Positions 43,288-52,774 of a DNA stretch of 64,000 nucleotides are shown here, piece after piece. Under the pieces are notes generated by a model that did no database searches, was not told the DNA's origin, and worked only from the letters and a program-made list of their open reading frames with translations. The position numbers were made by a program, and so were the translations under genes. Origin of the DNA: Tetramitus jugosus (lineage: Eukaryota > Protista > Heterolobosea); contig OW569377.1 in the NCBI GenBank assembly GCA_937625935.1, positions 124,001 to 188,000 on the forward strand, given 5' to 3'. Position 1 is the stretch's first letter. Each line of letters begins with the position of its first letter.

Positions 43288-45579
43288 ATGGCATCAGCAT
43301 CGAATACAGTAAGCATCAACGCAAACGTTGTTAAAGTTTCAAGTGAGATGAAGTTGCCTGTCTATACAGGTAATGGAATGTCTAGCATTAGAGCACCAAT
43401 TGAAGGTGACATTTTGTACAATAAAGACACGAAGGGTCTCTACTATTATGATGGAACACAATTTGTGACCATCCCTGGAGGAACAGTTCCACCTGACATC
43501 AAGACATACATTGATACTCAAGATGCAAATACTTTGATTCTTGCCAATCAATATACAGATGACAAATGGAATTCTCTCGGTAATTGGCAGATACCTGTAC
43601 TATCCTACGCTTTGAGTCCTGACTATGGAACTACACCTGGTTCAAGATATCTTATTATGTCTGGTTCACCTGATATTGTTTGGGCTGATCATCCAAATCA
43701 AATTGTTGAATACGATGCAAGTGGAATTGAACAATTTACTATACCAACTGATGGAATGATTGTATTCGCTCAAGACACAGACTATATTTGGTTATACAAT
43801 GGAACAAGTTGGGTCAGACTTAGCATTCAGATCGATCATAACCATACTTTAGGATTACAAGGGGGAAGTTTAGACCAAATGTATCATTTGAGTCAAGCTC
43901 AATATGATAAGCAACAGTTCTTGAACAATGTAACTACTGATGTTCAAACTCAATTGAATAATAGGATACGAACAGATCTTACAACATCATCGCAACAGAC
44001 AGTAAATGGATATGTAACCCATGCGATTGATGCCGGTAATATCGATATCACAAACAGAAACAGTAACCCATGTATTGCCTTTCAAAACAATGGGGCCACA
44101 AAGTGCGCAGATATGAGATTGGGTGTAAATGCCGGAGATGTGGCGTTTAGGACAGGTAATAGTGTTGCTTCCCTAACAGAGAGAATGAGAATCACGAACG
44201 CCGGGACTGTGGTGATAAATAACCTAACTGCAAATAGAGCAGTTTACTCGGATGCGTCATCTCAACTCATGCCTTCAATAGTTACAGATGTTGAGTTGAG
44301 TAACTTGTCTGGTTCAACATCAAACGTTCAAACTCAACTTAATAATAGGTTGAGGACTGATCTTGCGTTAAGTTCAACTCAGAATGTAAATGGGGTTCTT
44401 AATGTAGGTGTGCCAGTTGGAAAGTTCAGGTTGTTTGCGCCCAATAATCAGATGGGTATCGGGATCTCAAACTTACCAGGAACACAGAATGCGCAGATCG
44501 TGATGGACCCTGTGTCCGGCTCTTTGGATGTTAAGGTCGGCATATCAGATTTGAGCATGACATCAGCAATCAATGTGGATAGTAACGCTAATGTAGCGAT
44601 TATGAATGCAACAGCCAGTAGAGCCACTTACTTTGATGCAAACAAGGCACTTAAATCATCGACCACAACAGATGTTGAACTCAGTTATCTCAATGGAGTC
44701 ACAAGTGGTGTTCAAACACAACTCAATAATAAACTCAACCTGACCGGCGGAACTATGACTGGGTTGTTGACCACTAATCGGTTGACTGCTGCGACACCAA
44801 CTGATGTTTCACAATGGCCCCTTGTTGTGGGTAACTTCACAGATATGACATCGGTGTCTCAGTGGGTGACAGGAGACAAGAAGGACACCTCATTATTCAA
44901 CGTGACCTTCCCAAATGTAACCGCAACTAATACTGATCCTGGGGTTCATCCTCCTGTTCAGATTTGGTCCCGTTCTGGTATTGCTGGTAAATCATATGGA
45001 AATGCAGCTGTCTGGACGCTTAAGAAACACATTTATGGATCATCATCGAGTGCTACTCGGCTCTCATTGGCCATAACTAACTCAGATAGTAATCAGCTAG
45101 TCGAAATTGTTCAGTTCAACTATAGTGGTGTCGTCTTTCCATCTGGTAACGTTACATCTGCCGGAAATATGAATGGAGCCACTCCAACTGAGATGAGCTA
45201 CTTATCTGGAGCTACGTCCAATATTCAGACTCAACTCAATGCAATCACTAGTGTGGTCAAGAAAGCCATCAACATCAATATCACCAATGGAACGATCTCA
45301 GTCACGAAAAGTAAGGGAGGTTTTGGAACTGTTGCGATAGATGGTACCTTCCCATGGCGTCTTAATGTGCCTTTTAGTACTGCATTTGCAAGTGAGCCGT
45401 ATTTCGCGAGTTCAGCCCGACTGTATAACGCGGCACTCAGGAACTTCAGAGTTGAGGCATTTGTCTCGGCCTCACAGATGACATTTGAGCTTCGTAATGG
45501 CGCTAATGGCAATCCAGTTACATGGGGCTCAGCAACCGATTACGGCGAATATCTATTGTACGGTATGGCTGAACTATAA
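43288..45579 (+). CDS. Viral fibre/spike-like protein
   Basis: N/T/S/G-rich beta-type sequence; four (E)L..L.G.TS.(V/I)QTQLN repeats; LNLTGGTMTG fibre motif; DUF2793-like segment (RYLI...W..H.NQIVEY...P.DGM...YNGTSW). Confidence 0.7.
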   Translation: MASASNTVSINANVVKVSSEMKLPVYTGNGMSSIRAPIEGDILYNKDTKGLYYYDGTQFVTIPGGTVPPDIKTYIDTQDANTLILANQYTDDKWNSLGNWQIPVLSYALSPDYGTTPGSRYLIMSGSPDIVWADHPNQIVEYDASGIEQFTIPTDGMIVFAQDTDYIWLYNGTSWVRLSIQIDHNHTLGLQGGSLDQMYHLSQAQYDKQQFLNNVTTDVQTQLNNRIRTDLTTSSQQTVNGYVTHAIDAGNIDITNRNSNPCIAFQNNGATKCADMRLGVNAGDVAFRTGNSVASLTERMRITNAGTVVINNLTANRAVYSDASSQLMPSIVTDVELSNLSGSTSNVQTQLNNRLRTDLALSSTQNVNGVLNVGVPVGKFRLFAPNNQMGIGISNLPGTQNAQIVMDPVSGSLDVKVGISDLSMTSAINVDSNANVAIMNATASRATYFDANKALKSSTTTDVELSYLNGVTSGVQTQLNNKLNLTGGTMTGLLTTNRLTAATPTDVSQWPLVVGNFTDMTSVSQWVTGDKKDTSLFNVTFPNVTATNTDPGVHPPVQIWSRSGIAGKSYGNAAVWTLKKHIYGSSSSATRLSLAITNSDSNQLVEIVQFNYSGVVFPSGNVTSAGNMNGATPTEMSYLSGATSNIQTQLNAITSVVKKAININITNGTISVTKSKGGFGTVAIDGTFPWRLNVPFSTAFASEPYFASSARLYNAALRNFRVEAFVSASQMTFELRNGANGNPVTWGSATDYGEYLLYGMAEL

Positions 45580-45617
45580 TGTGTATTATTAGACTATTCA
45601 GTCTAATAATATCAAAA

Positions 45618-46094
45618 TTATTTAGGAGTTGGGACACGAGGCATAGGGAATGTCTCTATAGCTTGCGTGGGCCAATACATTGGACTAGGAGGAGCGATGT
45701 TTTCCATTACTTCAGTTTTAATCGATCCACCAAGTGGATTAATGTTAACGGCGAAAGGTGTTCTATACGCTGGAATAAAACGAGCAGGTGTTCCAAATCT
45801 TGACGGTGTACTTGATGCAAATCCAGTTGGAATTCTCGGTGTTACCATAGGGGCATAGTGTCTACTTGGTACAGGACCACCGGAGGCAGATGTTCTTTTA
45901 GCTCCACCGAAGTTTGGAAGTTTACCTTTATATTTAGGGGGTGCGGTATACATTGGAAGACTTTTCGGTTTCTTAAGTGCTAGTTTCTTGAATTGTCTGA
46001 ATTCTTGGAATTCGTTCATTAACTCAAGGACTTTTTCGATACTGGTATCTTTCTTGGATGATTTCTTGGTTTTCTTCTTCTTCTTATCGGCCAT
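45618..46094 (-). CDS. Viral basic, Pro-rich protein (candidate core/DNA-condensing protein)
   Basis: MADKKKKKTKKSSKK N-terminus; K/R/P-rich. Confidence 0.6.
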   Translation of the reverse strand: MADKKKKKTKKSSKKDTSIEKVLELMNEFQEFRQFKKLALKKPKSLPMYTAPPKYKGKLPNFGGAKRTSASGGPVPSRHYAPMVTPRIPTGFASSTPSRFGTPARFIPAYRTPFAVNINPLGGSIKTEVMENIAPPSPMYWPTQAIETFPMPRVPTPK

Positions 46095-46107
46095 TTTGAT
46101 ATATGTA

Positions 46108-46557
46108 TTACTTTCTTGTTTTCTTCTTTATGGCTTGAAAGATATTCTTAACTACCTTCTTTCCTTTAGATGGAGATGGCTTCTTGATATCAGGTGAATC
46201 AAATGATGAATCTGAAGCATACATCTTCTCGTTAGGTGGAGGCGACAATACTAATTGATTGGAAGCATAGAATTCTGCATTGGGAGGTGGAGACAATTTT
46301 AACTTAGGAGTGTAGAATGGTGCATTTGGTGGCGGAGATAATTCTAGCTTCTTATAAACCTGAGGAGAAGGAGTTGAAGGAGATTCATAAACATCTTCCA
46401 TCATCAACTCATCATTATAAGATGATGTTGATTGAGGTGTATAAGCGTAACGTTCTTCTCGTTTAGGAGTCCATAGATAAGTTTCAGTTGGAGTTGTAGG
46501 CGGTGTAAAAACAGGGTAAACGGTTTTCTTCTTTCTTCTAGCCTGGTTAAAAGCCAT
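46108..46557 (-). CDS. Viral basic, Pro/Ser-rich protein with three LSPPPN repeats
   Basis: RRKKK N-terminus, LSPPPN x3, KKKTRK C-terminus; ATG at 46557 preferred because the 46626 start lies inside a hairpin. Confidence 0.6.
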   Translation of the reverse strand: MAFNQARRKKKTVYPVFTPPTTPTETYLWTPKREERYAYTPQSTSSYNDELMMEDVYESPSTPSPQVYKKLELSPPPNAPFYTPKLKLSPPPNAEFYASNQLVLSPPPNEKMYASDSSFDSPDIKKPSPSKGKKVVKNIFQAIKKKTRK

Positions 46558-46655
46558 ACTGTAGATATCACTTGGATACGGATTCCAATCGTATATACTT
46601 CTACTTGGAGAGCTACGAATATACATGTTTTACAACATGTATATTATTTTAATAC

Positions 46656-47039
46656 TTAGAACAGTAGACTGTTCTTTTTCTGTTTTTTCATTGCAGCCTT
46701 TGCGACATTATGACCATTGAAATTTTCTGGGTACTCAGCATCGATCCTCAACATACCTTCTTGGATAAAAGCCCTGGCTGCTTCAGTGGCTAATACTTGG
46801 CGTTTATTGGCTGGAAGACCCTTGTTTTTATCCAGAAAATCTGTAAAAACTCCATTCGCTTTCTCCTCAAGCTTTTCAATTTGCTCTAGACGAGCAGTTA
46901 AATACGCCTCAGGGCCTCTCATCGCTTCTAAATATTTCTTTGTATCATAGATGTTATCGGATAAACCGAAAGCATCGGAAATGGTTCTATCGACACCTGC
47001 TAAATTAGCTGCTTTAAATGCTCCAATATATCCGCTCAT
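46656..47039 (-). CDS. Viral hypothetical helical protein
   Basis: 127-aa ORF; paralogous to 47070-47267. Confidence 0.65.
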   Translation of the reverse strand: MSGYIGAFKAANLAGVDRTISDAFGLSDNIYDTKKYLEAMRGPEAYLTARLEQIEKLEEKANGVFTDFLDKNKGLPANKRQVLATEAARAFIQEGMLRIDAEYPENFNGHNVAKAAMKKQKKNSLLF

Positions 47040-47069
47040 TATTATTTACTATATACTTGGATTTTTATT

Positions 47070-47267
47070 TCATTGAATCATTATATTAATTGAATCCATT
47101 CCTTCCTCAACAAATTTCTTGGTTGCTTCTTTTGCAAGTTCAATACGTTCTTCAAATGGAATTGATCCGTTATCATTCATAAAGTCGTTGTAAAGCTGAG
47201 TAGCTTCTTTTTCCAATCTTCTTATTCTTTCTTCACGTTGTTTTAAATAAGCGTGTATGTCTATCAT
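47070..47267 (-). CDS. Viral hypothetical protein, short paralogue of 46656-47039
   Basis: Shared AYL..R.E.I..LE..A...F/Y.DF...N...P...R..LA.EA...F..EGM..I pattern. Confidence 0.65.
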   Translation of the reverse strand: MIDIHAYLKQREERIRRLEKEATQLYNDFMNDNGSIPFEERIELAKEATKKFVEEGMDSINIMIQ

Positions 47268-47309
47268 TTTTAAGTATCATCAGAATTATTCTGATAATAC
47301 TTTTTATAT

Positions 47310-47459
47310 TTACTTCTTATGATTATCCTTCCATTTTTTACCTGCTGCTTTCATTGCAGTTGAATTGGATGCACTTGGATGCGCTTTGATGTATTCTCGT
47401 CTATACTTTTGGATTTCTTTACCCATTGCACTCATCTGAGCTTTAGTTTTCTTTGCCAT
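47310..47459 (-). CDS. 49-aa basic HMG-box/YABBY-like protein (absent from the ORF track)
   Basis: MAKKTKAQMSAMGKEIQKYRREYIKAHPSASNSTAMKAAGKKWKDNHKK; ATG directly follows the penton stop (TAAATG); hairpin at 47272-47302 downstream. Confidence 0.65.
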   Translation of the reverse strand: MAKKTKAQMSAMGKEIQKYRREYIKAHPSASNSTAMKAAGKKWKDNHKK

Positions 47460-48158
47460 TTATACGATGTAAGTATTTTTTGAACGACGACCAGATGTCA
47501 ATCTAAACTCTAACATCCATTCAGATCCATTAAGATCTACAATATTGTAATCTGAATCTCTCAATTCTATGTTCAATCTTCCAATCAATCCCATAGATGT
47601 AGTTGTTCTGATTGGTCTTGGTATGATGTATTCACCTGGTGGTTTAGTAAGAAGACCCCCAGGTTCAACATTATTATAGATAACAACGAAGCATGGTCTT
47701 TCTGATACATCATCATTGGGTAGTTCCTTGATAATTAGATAGTAATAAGGATTAGTCATTACTGCATGTTTAACACTATCAATTTGAGTTGCAGTGACAT
47801 CTACTGGGTTCAATCCAAATAACTTACAGAAACTTGGATAATTAGCCAACTTCCAATCTTGAAGTGTTGGTGTTTGGATCTTGAATTTACCTGATACATC
47901 ATCATAGACTACAACTGAACTGGCTGGTAAATAATATTCAAGAATAGAAGCAGCTTGAGAAGCAGTGTAATTTCCATAAGGCAAAGTGATGGTTGAACTT
48001 CCTAATCCAAATGTTGCATTGTATTGATTGATGTTATACGCAGTATTAAATATTGAGTAACCTACCAATTCAATGGATTCAACATTATCTACTGGTACTA
48101 ATGAACTAACATTCACTTGAGTGGAATTCAAATTTAATCGTAGTAGTCTTTGTTCCAT
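47460..48158 (-). CDS. Minor capsid (penton) protein, single jelly roll
   Basis: NVESIELVGYSIFN, ITLPYGNYT, YYYLIIKEL and RLNIELRD..YNIVDLNGSEWMLEFRL match the Polinton/PLV/NCLDV penton pattern. Confidence 0.78.
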   Translation of the reverse strand: MEQRLLRLNLNSTQVNVSSLVPVDNVESIELVGYSIFNTAYNINQYNATFGLGSSTITLPYGNYTASQAASILEYYLPASSVVVYDDVSGKFKIQTPTLQDWKLANYPSFCKLFGLNPVDVTATQIDSVKHAVMTNPYYYLIIKELPNDDVSERPCFVVIYNNVEPGGLLTKPPGEYIIPRPIRTTTSMGLIGRLNIELRDSDYNIVDLNGSEWMLEFRLTSGRRSKNTYIV

Positions 48159-48183
48159 TTTATCTATACAGTAATTAAATAAA

Positions 48184-48771
48184 ATGGAAGTACAAGAAGA
48201 AGGTTTCGAACATTATCCAACTGAGGATGATTCAGTTATCGAGATGAATGGACCACAACCCGTTGAAGAACCTATTATTGTCGAGTCAAAAGAAGATATC
48301 GAGAAACGAATTCAACTTTTATCAAGAATTAACAAGGCGGAAGTCAACTTTGGACATAAATTGGTTGGACATGTTCCTAGAACTGATTTAGCTACATTGT
48401 CATTGGAAGAATTAGAAGCGTATAATACTACATTGAGGAAGAGAATTTCATATAGAAATAATGAACAAATTGAGATGGGTACTTTAAACTTCGGTTTAAG
48501 AGCAATTGAAGGAATAGGTACAAAGTTTGCTGGTTTGAGAATTCAGGGAATGTCAGATATGTTGATGAACAGTGAAGATTTCGTCGATGACTTCAAGGAA
48601 CAGATGTTAGATATAGATGTCAATATGAATCCAATGACTAGAATGACTTTTAAAATGATGCAAACTGCATTCACTCTACATACTCTTAACGTTCAAGCTC
48701 AAAGTATCGAAGTTATCAATTTAGATAAACCTGTATCGGATGAAGACATTGAAAGGTTTAGCGATCTTTAA
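48184..48771 (+). CDS. Viral hypothetical protein
   Basis: 195-aa acidic helical ORF, divergent from the penton gene. Confidence 0.7.
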   Translation: MEVQEEGFEHYPTEDDSVIEMNGPQPVEEPIIVESKEDIEKRIQLLSRINKAEVNFGHKLVGHVPRTDLATLSLEELEAYNTTLRKRISYRNNEQIEMGTLNFGLRAIEGIGTKFAGLRIQGMSDMLMNSEDFVDDFKEQMLDIDVNMNPMTRMTFKMMQTAFTLHTLNVQAQSIEVINLDKPVSDEDIERFSDL

Positions 48772-48818
48772 TTGAAAGGAATTACATATTGTGAATAGAA
48801 AATTCCTTTACATATAAA

Positions 48819-49256
48819 ATGTCACGTGTAAGCAATCTCGATAATGTAATCAAACCTTCCGTAACAGCTGTTGCTGGTTTCGTAGGAAGTCAAATAATGT
48901 ACCCTGGTAGTGTAGTCAATATTTACGGTTCCAATGTTAATCTTGGAATACTCAATGCAGGTATTATTGGTAGCGCATCTTTAGTCAATGCAACATTCAA
49001 GGATCAAATCTTGGCTAGAGTTGGACTTCAAAACACTGCCTTAGGTAGTGCTCAAATGTTAGTTTCACCTGCAATTACAGGTGGTGCTGCTGTAATTGGT
49101 TCCATGATATTTAATGGATTCGATGTATCTAGCCCATTAATATATCTTCATCCTTTCTTATTAGGTGCTGCTTCTGAAATTGTTGGCCAATATACAACTG
49201 ATGCTGTTCTTAAACCATTGATGCCTGTTACTTCATCAGGTACTAGATTGTTTTAA
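48819..49256 (+). CDS. Viral hydrophobic membrane protein
   Basis: G/A/V/L-rich with several hydrophobic helices; hairpin at 49264-49294 downstream. Confidence 0.7.
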   Translation: MSRVSNLDNVIKPSVTAVAGFVGSQIMYPGSVVNIYGSNVNLGILNAGIIGSASLVNATFKDQILARVGLQNTALGSAQMLVSPAITGGAAVIGSMIFNGFDVSSPLIYLHPFLLGAASEIVGQYTTDAVLKPLMPVTSSGTRLF

Positions 49257-49298
49257 ATCTACAAGATATACCATACATATGATATGGTATATCTATAT

Positions 49299-49673
49299 TT
49301 ATTCATTAAGAATGTCATTAACTGCATGAAAGATTTTTCTTCCAATATCTTCATTAAGACCTTGGACTGAAATACTGAATGTAAACTTTCCTTCCTTCGT
49401 CTTACAATTCTTAATTAGTTTATGAGTATCATCTACTCCAATAAATTCACGAAGTCTTTCCTTTTCCTTAAGTTTTGTCTTTTGTCTTGTCTCCTTTTCT
49501 TTGAGAGCCATTGCAGCAAGATATGCTTTAGCTTCTTCTGGTGTCATTGTAAGCTTCTTTGACACTTTAGGTTGATTTGTTGATTCTACAGGTACATATG
49601 TAGGTATACCCAAAGTTGGAGTTTCATCTAGAGATAAAGTTGTGAGTTGGCTTGAAATATTTTGTTCTTCCAT
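49299..49673 (-). CDS. Viral hypothetical protein
   Basis: 124-aa ATG-initiated ORF converging on the 49264-49294 hairpin. Confidence 0.65.
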   Translation of the reverse strand: MEEQNISSQLTTLSLDETPTLGIPTYVPVESTNQPKVSKKLTMTPEEAKAYLAAMALKEKETRQKTKLKEKERLREFIGVDDTHKLIKNCKTKEGKFTFSISVQGLNEDIGRKIFHAVNDILNE

Positions 49674-49726
49674 TGTTTTTGTTTTCTAGTTATGACTAAA
49701 ATTTTTTTGATGATTTCTTTCTTTCG

Positions 49727-50428
49727 TTAGAAATTCAATTTAAATCGTGGTAGGCCAGGTGGAGCTTTAATTTTGAAGTATCTATTTCCTGGTCTCTCCT
49801 GATTACGAACAAAGATAAAATGATAATCTTGAGTATTCTCTTCTATGAATCGTCTTGCATCATCGTCTTTATTTATGTCAGGTAGAAAGGCTTCTTTTAA
49901 TGCATGGATACTTCTTGTACTGAATTGATAGAAAATGATTGTATTAGTACAACAATCTCTGATCAATGGTGGAATAGAGTTACAATACTGAGTTGTGATG
50001 AAGATCGTTAAACGATAATGACGATACGTTGTGATTAACTTAGACATTAAGGATTTCTCAAATCTTATTGAACCGATACAATCATCTAGGATAAGGAAAG
50101 CTCTTTTAGTTTTATTCTTCGACTGTCTATCCATTAAATCCTTGATGATATCATCTGAATATTCTGTATGAACATAGTCGTCTGGCATAAAACCATAATC
50201 TCCATTGATATGTGCAGTTGGACAAACAACTACTCCATAATCAAATGCTCCCTTAATTGCCATCGCTTTAACCGTTGATCTAACAAGGTACGATTTACCT
50301 GACTTTGGACCGGCTGCAAGGAAGTTAATTGTATTGGGTTGAACAAAGTTTGCATTATTCCATCCAGATATCTGAATTTGAGGTTTGTATGATTTCTTGA
50401 TATTAGACATTTTATAGTCTGATATCAT
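49727..50428 (-). CDS. A32-like (FtsK-HerA) genome-packaging ATPase
   Basis: Walker A AGPKSGKS, Walker B FLILDDC, RHY arginine finger, ITTQY. Confidence 0.9.
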   Translation of the reverse strand: MISDYKMSNIKKSYKPQIQISGWNNANFVQPNTINFLAAGPKSGKSYLVRSTVKAMAIKGAFDYGVVVCPTAHINGDYGFMPDDYVHTEYSDDIIKDLMDRQSKNKTKRAFLILDDCIGSIRFEKSLMSKLITTYRHYRLTIFITTQYCNSIPPLIRDCCTNTIIFYQFSTRSIHALKEAFLPDINKDDDARRFIEENTQDYHFIFVRNQERPGNRYFKIKAPPGLPRFKLNF

Positions 50429-50434
50429 AATCTA

Positions 50435-50725
50435 TTAATCTACAAGAAAACAGAAACATTCGATGTATCGTCTGAATTTCTCTAGATGTTCCAGGTCTAA
50501 TGATTCTTTATCGATGTTGTAGTTAACAAGAAGCGTTTCAATCACCTTTTCTGTTGGATGGGGTTTGAAGTACATCTTGATATATCTTTGTACTTCAATA
50601 GAAGGTACTGAAGTGAAGAGCCCTAGATCTGTTTGTATTCTTGTATTGTCTGGGAATAGAACTTTAACATGTTCTACAAAGTTTTTGATCTTTTCATTTA
50701 AGATACTTGTTGCTGTTGCTGTCAT
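50435..50725 (-). CDS. Viral hypothetical protein
   Basis: 96-aa ORF with TAAATG start, immediately upstream of the ATPase. Confidence 0.65.
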   Translation of the reverse strand: MTATATSILNEKIKNFVEHVKVLFPDNTRIQTDLGLFTSVPSIEVQRYIKMYFKPHPTEKVIETLLVNYNIDKESLDLEHLEKFRRYIECFCFLVD

Positions 50726-51120
50726 TTATATTTTATCCTAGATAATTTTTTACAAATCTTTCCATCTATCTATCTCTGGTCTAGACATTCTTCTATAGAT
50801 TAAACAGTACTGGATCATTAATGATCCAGTATAATAAACTACGACTGGGATTGATAGTAACGCTGTGCTATAAAGTATATCCATTTCTCATACTTATTAT
50901 TATTTCTATATTTATTGAAGCTATGCTTCAATAAACTTGATATCGATTACTATTTCGAGTTAAGCATTAATATACCAGTCCCTATATAGGGACTATGCTC
51001 AGCTTTACTATATCGAGTTTTATACTCATTATTAGAGTTGCTTGTATCCTTTGGTATCGTTTTGTATTATTTTTAGTTTCGTTCTATTCATTCGTATTAT
51101 CCTCAATATATATGAAACAT

Positions 51121-51273
51121 CTAAAAAGGTGAGAAGGGTGTGAGGAACGTTTTTAAAAGTTTTCTATATTCATTTTTAAATTTCATAATACTTTTATATC
51201 TCCACTTCTCACCCTTCTCACCTTTTTAGTTATTTTAATATATTATATAGATAGACTAAAGGATAAATAGAGA
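51121..51273. repeat. Internal inverted repeat, copy A (~150 bp), containing its own 20-bp IR
   Basis: Reverse complement of 56869-57020 with a few central mismatches; CTAAAAAGGTGAGAAGGGTG (51121-51140) pairs with 51210-51229. Confidence 0.92.
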
Positions 51274-51298
51274 ATGAAATAATCGACTGAATGAATAA

Positions 51299-51844
51299 AT
51301 GGACGAATACAAGGATATCTTGAAATATGAAGCTGGACTAGATGTTATCCATGGAATCTATAAGGCGATACTAATTGAACCAAACATTGAAGACAAAGTA
51401 TTCTTTAGATACGATCTACTTCAAGCAACAGGATCAGAAAGCGCTTATTCAATGTTCGAACATTCATTGAAATCTTATAGTTTTCATTCAGATGTATATA
51501 GAGACATCTTCAGAGAAGCATTAAGAGAAGACAACATTGATTGGTTAGACGATGACTACGGAACATGGAAAGATATAAAGATTGGACGAAGTTTAATCAA
51601 CTATTTAACTCGAGAAGTTTTACCAACATTCAGCTACGTCTATAACAATGAAGAGTTTGAACGTGTTGTAATCAATACATTGAAAAGTGTATCGACTGAA
51701 ACAAGAGTAGTTGAAAAAGTTTTAGTTAAAACATTAATTGAATTATCTGATCAATATCGTGATGGAAGACCGATTGATATAAATCCTGAACAACATAAGT
51801 TATTGTTTGTACTATTAAAAGCAATACGCAATGATAGACATTGA
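51299..51844 (+). CDS. Viral hypothetical helical protein (paralogue of 52077-52652)
   Basis: Y...LD(V/I)I...YK and SLI.(Y/F).T.E(V/I).PT(F/Y) shared with 52077. Confidence 0.7.
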   Translation: MDEYKDILKYEAGLDVIHGIYKAILIEPNIEDKVFFRYDLLQATGSESAYSMFEHSLKSYSFHSDVYRDIFREALREDNIDWLDDDYGTWKDIKIGRSLINYLTREVLPTFSYVYNNEEFERVVINTLKSVSTETRVVEKVLVKTLIELSDQYRDGRPIDINPEQHKLLFVLLKAIRNDRH

Positions 51845-52031
51845 TTCAGAGATTAAAGACCTTCAATTCTTTATAATTGAACTTCAATTAGAACTTCAAT
51901 GTAAAGAAGATGAAATGAAAGTTACAAAAGCATTAATCAATGATGTTCAAGAGAAACTTAAAGAGTTAGAAGATGAACGTAAGAACCTTGAAGGACTTAT
52001 CGATTTCCTGGATGGAGTAATTGATTGTTAA
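51831..52031 (+). CDS. Small acidic coiled-coil protein
   Basis: Leucine heptads; hairpin at 52035-52061 downstream. Confidence 0.6.
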   Translation: MIDIDSEIKDLQFFIIELQLELQCKEDEMKVTKALINDVQEKLKELEDERKNLEGLIDFLDGVIDC

Positions 52032-52076
52032 AACTAATATGTATCCAATGGATACATATTATACGCATAGTAATAA

Positions 52077-52652
52077 ATGAACGACTTAGAACGCTACAAC
52101 AGAGAGCTTGATATCATCTATGAAACTTATAAACTTGCATTAGATCCATCTGATGATATCAAGAAAGATTTAAAGATATTTGAATTACATGTACGTCTAT
52201 GTACTTTAAGATTCTTAGGTAAAGATCCAGACCCTTTTGAAATGATTTATTCAGATGAAAACATTGAATTGACTAAAATGTTTTTCAAAGATCTTCAAGG
52301 AGTTTTCAATCAATTATCAATGGTGTTTGGTACTAAACTTGAATGGGATGACATCTTATTTGTAACATCATTGATTCGTTTCGTAACAGTTGAAATTATG
52401 CCTACATACGATGGAAATCTATACGATGATGTTGTTCTAATAATTATGAAAGAATTCTTGAGGATAGGTTCAATTGAAACAACAGTTTATACGAAGGATA
52501 TTCCAATGACTTTTAGAATCTTTTGTAAGGAATTAATCAATGTAACATGTATGCATATGGATGATAGTACAATTGAAATTGAAGGTACTCGATTTAGATT
52601 CTTTCATGATCTTTTATACTTAACCATTGCAACAATTACTGATGAATTTTAA
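52077..52652 (+). CDS. Viral hypothetical helical protein (paralogue of 51299-51844)
   Basis: See paralogue; TAAATG start. Confidence 0.7.
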   Translation: MNDLERYNRELDIIYETYKLALDPSDDIKKDLKIFELHVRLCTLRFLGKDPDPFEMIYSDENIELTKMFFKDLQGVFNQLSMVFGTKLEWDDILFVTSLIRFVTVEIMPTYDGNLYDDVVLIIMKEFLRIGSIETTVYTKDIPMTFRIFCKELINVTCMHMDDSTIEIEGTRFRFFHDLLYLTIATITDEF

Positions 52653-52774
52653 CTTCACACTATGAATGAACAATGTAACAATGAATCATACAATTGAAAT
52701 AAATTGTATGATTTTAAAAATAAATGAAGAATTTTTAAAAAACTAAATTTAAAAAAATCTAACAAATAATAAAA

